A stretch of DNA of 64,000 nucleotides, from positions 14,756,001-14,820,000 of the forward strand of contig OZ193909.1 in the NCBI GenBank assembly GCA_964276515.1, given 5' to 3'. Positions within the stretch are counted from its first letter, which is position 1, and the number at the start of each line of letters is the position of its first letter. The notes below the pieces were generated by a model. It saw only the letters and a program-made list of their open reading frames with translations, did no database searches and was not told the origin of the DNA. This DNA is from Gordius albopunctatus (taxonomy: Eukaryota). Below, one piece after another: positions 53,811-64,000 of this stretch. A program made the position numbers and the translations under genes.

Positions 53811-54623
53811 CAGAGACCAGATTTCCCGGCCCGGCCCGCTGCCCAACTGTCCTGAATTTTTATTTTCGGTTGGGCTCCGCGCGGGCGGCACGAAGATAGG
53901 ATTCGGGCAATTAGGGCTTAATAAGATTTTTTAAATAGTGTATTATTTTGTTACTTTTTATTTTATTGCATATTAAAATACTAAAAAAGTTAAGAAACTT
54001 GATTTCGCCATCACAAAGTTTCTCCAATTAACCTTTATTATTCCCTTATCATTCGTTGCTTTCGCTAAGTTACTACTTATTTTCATGATAAAAAATTTCT
54101 ATACCTTTCTTTTTTGCTTTAAGTTAAAAGAATTATCCATAAATTGCATTTAAATTCTATTGATAAATTATTGTTTTTTTATCAAAAAAGTAAGTTTTAA
54201 CAGAGCACAGATTGACTAATTAAACTAATTTTATTCATTAAGAAGTTTATTTATGGTTAGGGCAAACGGGTTAACTCAAAAGGGGAGTATAATTTTGTTT
54301 ATTGTAATATTATTTATTAAATATGTAAACTTTAAACTTAATTAAAAAATTGCTACATAAATATTTTCATGGACTTGTTTTATTAAATATGCCATCAATT
54401 TAATGCTTATTTTTTAATTGTGGTTGAAATAATTTTAGATCGCAAAACTTCGGGCCTAACAGGCAAATTTAATATTTCTGGCCGGGCAGTTCGGGCAGCT
54501 TTAATGTTTCGGGCGAGCCCGGGCGGGCACCTAGAAGGTTCGGGCGGGTTCGGCGGGAAATGAAGTTAAAAAATTGAACCGGGCTGGGTTTGGGCATAAA
54601 TTCCCTAACAAATCTGACCCCTG
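53811..54623. mobile_element. hAT MITE in the RTE
   Basis: TIR CAGAGACCAGATT/AATCTGACCCCTG; TSD GGTTGAAT/GGTAGAAT. Confidence 0.85.
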
Positions 54624-55637
54624 GGTAGAATACCCATTTTTGTAATGAGAAAGTCATTCGTCATATGGTCAAGCTTAGTATACCTCAAGCTCCACCGTAT
54701 CATTCTCATCTCTTTAGCTTGTAATAGCTTTCCTTCCGTAGTGTTTAATGCCCATGTTTCACTTCCATAGAGTAACATTGGTCTTACAATGGATTTGTAA
54801 GCTTTGCTCTTCAACCATATTGGCATTTTCTCGCACATTACACAGGATTTACTTCGCCATTTAAGCCATCCTTTTTGGATCCGGGCATTGACTTCCGTTG
54901 CGCAACCTCCCTCTTGATGTAGCATCGAGCCGAGGTATGTAAACCTGTCTACTTTTGGGTACTTTAGATGGTCATCCAGCGATGGTGTGTTTGTACCGTT
55001 CATTTCCATGTATACCGTTTTTCGATCGTTGACCTTTAAACCATAGCCAGCTAAACGCTTTGACCACTTTGCGGCTTCTTCGAATACTTTCTCCCCTGTT
55101 TCCTCGCATAGTACTATATCATCGGCTTATAACATACACCATGGCGATGATTTTTGAATGTCTCTCGTTATTGTGTCCATAATTATATTAAATAAAAAGG
55201 GACTTAGAACGGATCCTTGATGCAATCCTATTATAATCGGAAAAAGGGTTAGAGTCTCCAACTGTCGTCCTAACGCAAGAATTAAAGGCTTTATAAATAG
55301 ATTTCATAAGTCGAATATATGCGTCAGGGATATTTTTTTCCTCAGGCACCACCATATTAAATCGCGGGGGGACCGTGTCATAACCTTTCTCTAAGTCGAT
55401 AAAAACCATATATAGGTCTTTCCTCTTTTCACCATACTTATCCATCATTTGTCTTAGTGCGAAGATTGGGTCAATTGTAGATTTTCCGGCCACAAATCCG
55501 AATTGATTAGCCGATATATCCACCTCGTTTTTCAGCCTTGTTACTAAGATCCTTTCCATAAGCTTCAAAGAGTGGCAAGTTAGCTTGATACCCCCCCCCT
55601 GTAATTGGCACAGTAGGGTCTCCTTTGAGCTCCCCAC

Positions 55638-56824
55638 TAGAGGTCTGCATGGGCCAAAATTTTAGGTTTAGGCCCGGCCCATACCCGCGCAAATATAATT
55701 TTTTTGGCCCGCACCCGGCCAGCAAAAAAATTTCAAAAATTGCGCCGCATCAGGCCCGCACGAGTACTAACAAGTCTACGTTGTTTCAAAATTATTTCTT
55801 TGTATAAAAACTATTTTGTATTGTTCAAAAAATAATTTAGCTATAGCATATAAAATCGGTTTTAATTAAAAATTACAATTTAATATTGTCATTTAAAAAT
55901 AATAGGATATCTATTCTATCAGGGAATAATTTCGTTCTTCTTTCTACTATAAGGCGACTTGCCTTACTCAATGTGCGTTTACACGTAGCATTGTTGGCTG
56001 GAATTGACAAAAACTGACTAGCTAATTTTGTTAAGTTTGGTAGCATAAGTTGGTGTTCTTTCTACCATAAAATTACATCTAGCTTAGCATCTTCAGGTTT
56101 TTTCCCCATTTCATCATCGTCCCAGATAAAAAATATAAATTGCTAAGTGTTGCACACCTGAGCTGGATGACTTTTAGTTGAACGACTTATGCAAGAAGAT
56201 CTATTCAAGAGCCACGATCTTCTTAAATCATCTAATTATGTTAACATAGTTTTTTAGAAGCTTTTTTCATATTCGGGTAGCTAACGAGCGAAACTAAGAA
56301 ACAAGAAAGGTTAATATTTTACGATAAATATCGATATTTGACTTTGAAATTATCATTTTTTGGGCTCTTCACTTCAATTTGTAGATCTTTAAGTCAACAG
56401 GATCACCATTATACGTATGAGATGGAAACAAATTTGCGATGCTTTTTATGATGTATAAAAGGGTAATATTTTATAGAGTGTTGGTGTCTTTTGCGCTTTT
56501 AACTCGATACTGCCTTTTCATAAGGTGAAAGCATATTAATTAATAGCATGATATGTTCTATGGAAATGTCTTCAAGTTTTCCAATAAATCTTTGCAAGAT
56601 TAAAAACTGATTATTTTATCATTTTTAACATAATGATTTCCATCAGATTGTTGTTCGGAAAATTAAATTTTTTTATTGTTAAGCTAATAAGTGAATTTTT
56701 TTGTTTCTATATTAGAATTATAGTATAAAGTTAAATAAATTTCAATTTTCTTTACTTTTCAAAGCCCAAGCCCGGCCCGCACTTTTTTATGCTCTATTTT
56801 AGGCCCGGCCCATGAAGATCTCTA
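55638..56824 (-). mobile_element. Deleted hAT element in the RTE
   Basis: TIR TAGAGGTCTGCATGGGCC/GGCCCATGAAGATCTCTA; TSD CTCCCCAC/CTTCCCAC; dimerisation-domain remnant LASQFLSIPANNAT near 55950-56035. Confidence 0.85.
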
Positions 56825-59224
56825 CTTCCCACTTCTATAGGTCACAATATGATCTTTGCGCTTTTGAAAATAGGTGTCAACGATCGCCATGTCATATGCT
56901 TGGGATACTTGGAGAAGATTTTCCCTTCTTTGTTCTTCAGACCATGCCTATAGCCTCCATGATTGCGTTCATACCCGAGGCGATCTTTTCCTACGTGAGC
57001 GTTGAAATTGGCCCCATAATTAGCCTTTCCTCCTATCGGATTCCTTGTATTTCCCTTTCCAATGAAGAATATGTCTTTCTCTGATTCCATACACCCAATT
57101 TGGGGAGCATACGCGCACATAACGGTTAGGAGGCCTCTTGATCTGCAATCTTCACCTACATCAGCCTGTCAGAACAACGCTTGACTTCCACCACCTTGTC
57201 CTTGAACGATTCGCTTAGAACGATACCGACCCCGTTTCTACGATTTGGTGACCCACTTTAGAAAAGCTTGTATTCTTCTCCTAATTCCCGGGCTTTTGTT
57301 TCGTTCCACCTCGTCTCTTGTAGGTAAGCTATGTGTACCTTTCTTCTTTTAAGCTTTTGTGCGACCTCGATGCTCTTCCCCATCAACGTTCCCACATTCC
57401 ACCACATTATTCGCATTCTTTCAACAACTAATTTCCTTAACCGCCTTCGTTGTGAGTTGGGCAGTAACCCTAGTGTATTTTTCACATTCCACGGACGTGG
57501 TATGCAGTGTGCGTCGTTTGTGGAGGACGCCCTACTCTCATAATTTTGGAGTTGGTTTTTATAGCCGGTTTCCGACCTGACGCCAACCCTCCACTTTTTG
57601 CACACGGACTTTGGACCATCGTAGGTAGTGTTTTTTCTCATATAAATCACAAAAATTAAATAAATGAATCTTACTGACAATAATACAGCCATGGGGGTAG
57701 CCAGCATTCAAATTAGAGAGAGAAGCATTAATGATTTAAGGAGGGACAAAATGATGATTTTTCAAAATTTTAGTCATAATTTTAATAAATTTCAGCAAAT
57801 TTTTGAATTTAAAGGGAGGCAGCCGCCCCTCACTGCCCCCTCTTGGCTACTGCCAGGAAAACAGGCTCGATTGTTGTTTTTTTTTAATAATATTTGAAAA
57901 GGCGCCCTTAATAAATGTTTTTATAATAGAGGTTTATTTCTAAATTATTGTGTATGATACATGCAAAAATATATTAGATTAACGAGATGGTATAAGAGCT
58001 ACGGATTGAAATTGTATTGGATTTTACAATTTTCATGGTGATTTTCTGCTTGATGTCAAAAAATTCCTTGAAATAGTTTGTATTTCTTGTTTATAAAAAA
58101 ATCAAACTCGGCTTATAAATTCATTTAAAATAATAATTTTTACGACGAACTAGTTCATTTATATTGTAAAGTTCAAGTTCAAGTTCAGAATATTAAAAAA
58201 GTAACAAGAGCAAGTTTATAGATCAACTTAAAAAAAACTAGTTCAAGTTCATTGTTCAATTTTTGGAAAGGTAACCAGTTCAGTTCAAGTTCAGAAAAAA
58301 GTGAACTGGTTCTTAACAGCTCTAAATATTTCACTTTCAACTATTTACTTTTATTTGATCACCTAAGAAGTTAGAATTCAGTATTACCAATAAATTCAAA
58401 TACTTAATAAAATTACATGAGAATATCCAAATTTCAATATACATAATTTTGGTTAATTTATATCAGTTAATGCAACTAAGTTTTAGATTAGGACAAAAAT
58501 ATTTATTTAATTATATGGCCTTAATAATAATTTTTTAGTAAAATTTGTGATTAAATTACACGAAAATTGGGTGCATTATAACTAATTAATTAAAATTACA
58601 TATAAAAGAAACGAAGCTATGATCTTAAATTATGCAGGTAAAAATCTATAGCAAATACAATAAAAAAAATGTTAATGTCAAATTTAGCGCTTTAAATGCT
58701 ATAGGATATACAAAAATTAGAGGTGAAAAAATTAAGCAATTAATAATCTATGTAATTAATAAAAATTTTATATTTATATAATTTTCAAACTTTTAAGGAC
58801 CTTTGTAATTCCATGACCGTTTATATAATCTCTGGCTCGTTCAAGCCAGTTTATAAAACATCAGGCCCTTTCAAGCCGGTTAAAAAGTCTCAGACCCGCC
58901 CGAGCCCGTTCCATTAATTGTTAAGCCCGTCCGGGCACGACCCTCAGAAATTTTTATGATAAAAAGCCCGTCGTACCCACCCGTTGGCTGGGCTTTTACG
59001 ACCGTTCGCGGGCATGGCCTGCCCGTGCAGATCTCTAATTCACATATCTTCTTTAAGAAATGGATTTTATACTCTAATAAAAATATGCCCAAAGATATTC
59101 AAATTACAATTTTTTATTGAGGTAAACACAAGGCGCAAAGATACAATAATGAGGGGACATCGATAGTCTATATGAGGTGAGGGACGTGAAAATAAGATTT
59201 GTAACCAAATGATTGTTATTATAT

Positions 59225-61206
59225 ATGCATGAAAATAAATATATACAGCGCGAAAATTTTAAAAATTATGAATACATTAACAAATTTCTAAATAAAGATA
59301 ATAATTACAGTCGACAGTATGCCCACATCTACTTTGAACGATTGTTAATTTATAGACCGCTATTGCTTAAATATTGTAAGGAAAAATATGGTAATTTTAT
59401 ACAATTTTAAAACAAATTACAATTTCGTAGGTGATAAATATGAAATTAAGAAGATAGATGATATAAAATCGGAACGTTCATCATGTATAGTAATAGGAAC
59501 CCTTTACAAACAAATGGCTTTAAGGCCTACAATTCTTAAAAAATTGGCAAATGATTATATACCAAATGAACTTGTTTATGGAAAATTTATTAAACAATCT
59601 GATGCATTATTTGTTGAAGATGAGTTACAAAGAGCTCAGCTTATTGGAAATATTCCAAAAGATAATCTGGTTACAGGTAATTGGAAAATTTATTTACAGT
59701 TTTAAAAAATTTATAAGGTATAACTATAGCCTTAATTTGTTATGAAGAGCGTGGCTGTTTATATGTAGAGGATTATATCTATCCTCCTCTAGCTATGCAA
59801 ATTCTTATACCTGTCTTAGAGAAATCAAAGTAAATATTACAAGTATAATTAATTATTACAATAAGGTACATTGCCATAATATCTGGAATTGGATTGAGTA
59901 AACAGAATCTTTCTGTGAACAAATTGGAATTATTTATTGACAGTATCAATGGCCAGATTGAAGGTGATCTTGATAGCACACTTGCTGTTGATATGTCACA
60001 AATCAGCAGATTAATAATTGCTGGTAATTCACTTAATCAAACAATATATGAAGAAAATCTATTAACAAGGGTATATTGCAAAGCTTGTTGACCTCACTAA
60101 TGTTTAGTCTGTGTAGAATGCTTACTATATATTATAATTCTTTCTAATTAATATATTTGTAATTGTTACTTCTTTGTGGAAAATATTTAAGTGGCTATAA
60201 ATATTTAGGCCAAGCACATCTCACAAAAGCTCTCCATGCCTTCATTTGAATATATGAAACTTTTGGATGACCTTATTGCGCAACTAGCTGTAAATAATCA
60301 CATAATTTTAAATTCCAACTCTACCCTAGACAAGTATCAATGTTGATATAATGCCTGGTAAAAATGATCCTGCTAATGTTATGTTCCCCCAACAACCTTT
60401 GCACAAATGCATGTTTCCCAAATCATCAAAATTTACCTCCTTCAACACAGTCTCTAACCCATATGAGTTTGTGGTGGATGGAATCAGGTTCTATTATTAT
60501 ATTAACCATAATTAACTATGTGAGAGTAATTGTTTTCTCTAAAAAATAATAGCATAACCAGGAATGCTAACTGCTCCTCCTTAAACCAAAAATTTTTTTA
60601 AAATCTAATTGAAAATTTAAAAATTATACTTAAATTTTTGCCCCCCCCCCATAATTTGGGCTATGCTTATGCTAAAATTTTAGTGAAATTATACAATTTA
60701 CATTAATAAACTGTATTTAGATTTCTGGGGACATCAGGACAGAATGTTGAAGATATATACCAATATAGTGAAATAGAAGATAGATTAGAGATTCTTGAAA
60801 ATACTCTAAAATGGACACATTTAGCTCCAACTTCCCCTGATTCCTTGCGTAATAATAATAATTTTTTTATTTTTAAAATATAACTTATACTATATTTATT
60901 TAGCTTGTTACCCATACTTCAACAATGAACCTTTTGTTATTACAGACTGCCCTCATGTTTATTTTGCTGGTAATCAGGCAGAGTTTAATTGGAAATATTA
61001 TTATGGTAAGCCTTCATCTACATAATTAATTTTTTATATGTTATTTTTAGCATTTGAATATTATTTTTAATATTTTTACAACAGGGGAGAGAGGGCAAAA
61101 AGTTTTGCTGGTAACAATTCCAGAATTTATAAATTCCTCAACAGTGGTTCTTATAAATCTCAGGGATCTGTCATGCCGTTCTCTCACCATAAACACAGAT
61201 TTTTGA
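59225..61206 (+). CDS. POLD2: DNA polymerase delta small subunit (p50), multi-exon, complete
   Basis: [86 protein letters not shown]; stop TGA at 61204-61206; introns of 40, 41 and 36 nt at the 5' end. Confidence 0.96.
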
Positions 61207-61658
61207 TAATTGGATTCAATTATTAAATGGTTTTATTATGTGCACAAAACATGTATCTCTTCATGCATTTTGTCTAACAAACACAATATGTACAAATATA
61301 TTCATTGACTTTTTATACCAAATTATTGAATAAAAGCACTAATATACCACAAATTAATTATTCAATCTTAATTCAAAATATTATTAATTAAAATGTAGAG
61401 CTTTAAAGAAATTAATTTATTTTATCAAAAATTGTAAATTTTATCTTGTATCTTTAGTAATAATATTTCTTTGTTTGTCTATTTTATATGGACAGGGGAT
61501 TCAAAAGGGGGTATCACTTTTACGTCTTAGATTATTGTGGTGGGGTCTCTAAGGAAGGGGATGGTCACTTTCTGTTTGACCCTTAGAGAATTTCCCTCGT
61601 GTAATTATGCTTTCCAAATACTTTATCCGTTCCAAATATGAAACAGGATTATGATATA

Positions 61659-61800
61659 TCTATATATATAAAATTCTCGTGAAACGGTGTGGGTGTTTAA
61701 ATTCCTCCGAAACGGCTGGACCGATTTAGATGGAAATTTCTGCGATTGATTGGTAGGTCTGAGCCTAGGTTTTTAACTATATTTGAAATCTCTAAGTCAT
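61659..61800 (+). mobile_element. Helitron-type 5' end of a second non-autonomous family (extent unknown)
   Basis: A|TCTATATATATAAAATTCTCGTG...GAAACGGCTGGACCGATTT resembles invertebrate Helitron 5' termini and shares GGACCGATTT with the 46909 element. Confidence 0.55.
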
Positions 61801-62864
61801 AAGATGGTCAAGTTATTTAGTTTTATACGTTTTGTCACTTAATAAAATGTCATTCAAACGCAAATCTATCGTGTTATTTGAATATACAGTTCTTTAATAA
61901 AAGTGCATCACTTATAGTATTTTTTACAACATCATGTGTGTATGTAGTGTAGTGTGATAAATGTAGGAATGTGCTGCGGAAAATGGAAACTTTTTACGAT
62001 TTCAAACATTAAATCAAAGTCATTTTTTTGCTTATTTTTCACGTCAATTATTATTATAGGACGGTCGTGCCCCCTCCTGCGTGGCTAAATAAATTTAAAA
62101 AATCTAATTTTGTCATTTTTTCGCGTTAAATAAGGAGAAAAAACAAAGTGCCAATAAATGTTGGTATATCTCAGTTTTTCGGACCTCTAAGAAGTGCTCT
62201 GTCCCTAACTCCTAACAAGGTTATTGTCCTCGATTATTTGGTGTTAGGTAGCGCCCCCGGGCTCCGTGTTGTTTTTTGTTGAGCCTTTAACCTAAGCTCT
62301 TCTACACTTCGTTGAAAAACATTTAATTTGCTGTGAAATTTAAGCAGGGGAGTAAAACCGGCCTTAATGTTTGAGGGCTTGGCTACGTCCATCCTTATAC
62401 CGATTGCTTTAAGTTTTTATGAATTATCTGAGTACACTGATAGCTTATTGACCAAAGTAAGGTTTGTGGGCAATGCTTTTTTACGACCCCTCATCATATC
62501 TCAGTTTTTAATGCTGTATATCTAGGCATATTTTAAACAAAAAGAGGATTTGCTTAGGAAGTTAGGGAATATTCGTATGTTTCGGAAATAAGCGAGATTA
62601 ATGATATTGCTCCGGGCTCGATTCGGGGCAAAAATAAAAATGGCTTTTCGCCTCTGACCGTACTACTCATACAAATTAACGTAAGACAGTGGTCATTTTA
62701 TGGAGCATTTTAAACCTGGACTGTGGATTTTTAAAATAACTAAATAAAGATGGAATACATGTGAACAACAAAGTGAGTTTAAAATAACCTTATTTTTTGT
62801 CGAACTTGACATTATGATAATAAATTAATTAAGGAATTAAAAATTGATTAATAAGCATCGGCAT

Positions 62865-63262
62865 TAAACACCAGGGAATGAAACTTATAAAAGTCACAGA
62901 GATGAGAATTCTACGGTGGAGATTGGGGTAAACTAAGCTCGACCATATGACGAATGACTTTCTCATGCCAAAAATGAATATTCAATCTATGGCGGACATG
63001 ATTGACGAAAATCAGTTTAGGTTATATGAAAATATACTAAGGGGGACACGAATGACCTAAATCGAAAAGTACTGGACATGAAGGTGCCGGATAAGAGAGG
63101 AAGAGGACTACCCCGTGTCACGTGGAACGGGCAAGGCGATAAAGTTATCAAAACTAAAAAGTAGTCAAGACATGGCACTCACCTGGTCAAGATGCAAGAA
63201 ACTTATCAAAACAAATCCCACCAATGTGGGACCAAATAACTGATAAAGAAGAAGAAGAGGAG
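62865..63262 (+). mobile_element. RTE LINE 3' fragment with GAA tail
   Basis: Homologous to the reverse complement of 53530-53810; frameshifted. Confidence 0.85.
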
Positions 63263-63303
63263 ATATTTATATAGGCAAAATATGTAAAGCAAAGCAATAA
63301 AAA

Positions 63304-64000
63304 ATTTGTTTTGATAAGTTTCTTCCATCTTGCCCGAGTGAGTGCCATGTCTTGACTAATCTCTTTAGTTTCCATAACTTTATCAACTTGCATTTTCCAC
63401 GTGACACGGGATCGTCCTCTTCCTCTCTTCCCCGATATCTCCATGTCCAGTAATTTTTGATTTACGTCATCAGTGTCCCTTTTTAGTATATGCCCATACC
63501 ACCTTAGCCGATTTTCGTTAATCATGTCCGTCATAGGTTGAATACCCATTTTTGTCATGAAAAAGTCATTCTTCATATGGTCGAGCTTAGTATACCCCAA
63601 GCTCCACCTTATCATTCTCATCTCTGTAGCTTGTAATAGCTTTCCTTCCGTGTTGTTTAATTTTTATGTTTCACTTCCATAGAGTAACATTGGTCTTACG
63701 ATGGATTTGTAAGCTTTGCTCTTCAACAATATTGACATTTTCTTGTCGCTCATTACATCGGATATACTTCGCCATTTAAGCCATCCTTTTTAGGTCCGGG
63801 AATTGAGTTGCGCAACCTCCCTCTTGATGTAGCATCGAGCCGAGGTAAGTAAACCTGTCTACTTTTGGGTACTTTAGATGGTCATCCAGCGATGGAGTGC
63901 CTGTACCGTTCATTTCCATGTATACCGTTTTTCGTTCGTTGACCTTTAAACCATATCCAGCTAAACGCTTTGACCACTTTTCAGCTTCTTCGAATACTTT
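63304..64000 (-). mobile_element. RTE LINE fragment running off the right edge
   Basis: ORF 63187-63621 RLRWYGHI...RGRGR; close copy of 53575-53810 joined to 54624-55090, lacking the MITE. Confidence 0.9.

Larger units (their letters stand above)
53530..57630 (-). mobile_element. Degraded RTE LINE (APE endonuclease and RT) split by two hAT insertions
   Basis: WNVGTL, LQETRW, RNGVG and CAYAPQ (endonuclease); NQFGF, FIDLEKGYD and FTYLGS (RT); GAA tail. Confidence 0.9.
52072..58324. mobile_element. Second hAT MITE, nested
   Basis: TIR TAGAGCTGTTAA...TTAACAGCTCTA; perfect TSD AATATTTC; AGTTCA subterminal repeats at both ends. Confidence 0.88.
51726..59037. mobile_element. Outer hAT MITE of a nested cluster
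   Basis: TIR TAGATATCTGCA...TGCAGATCTCTA; TSD GTTCATAT/ATTCACAT (6/8 match); CCCG subterminal repeats at both ends. Confidence 0.75.

Noticed and set aside
1..64000. Non-canonical splice sites or an alternative genetic code
   Set aside because: Every intron I resolved is GT-AG, and the exons translate with the standard code

Overview
AT-rich eukaryotic (metazoan, probably invertebrate) genomic DNA with five intron-split housekeeping genes: TONSL (5' part, minus, runs off the left edge), RRS1 (minus), TIMELESS/timeout (plus), STRIP1/FAM40 (minus) and POLD2 (plus). Many introns are only 31-45 nt. The intergenic space is filled with nested transposon remnants: an intron-containing Ginger1 element with an OTU protease, a Gypsy LTR fragment, RTE LINEs, hAT elements and MITEs, a Sola1-like element and Helitrons. 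The most notable structures are (i) a Helitron derivative with two inverted 5' ends that appears to sit in an A|T target, (ii) a four-level, 7.3-kb transposon nest splitting the STRIP1/POLD2 head-to-head promoter region, and (iii) CpG depletion with tiny introns at gene 5' ends against CpG-rich 3' exons. All calls come from reading the sequence by eye. No database search was run and the species is not identified.
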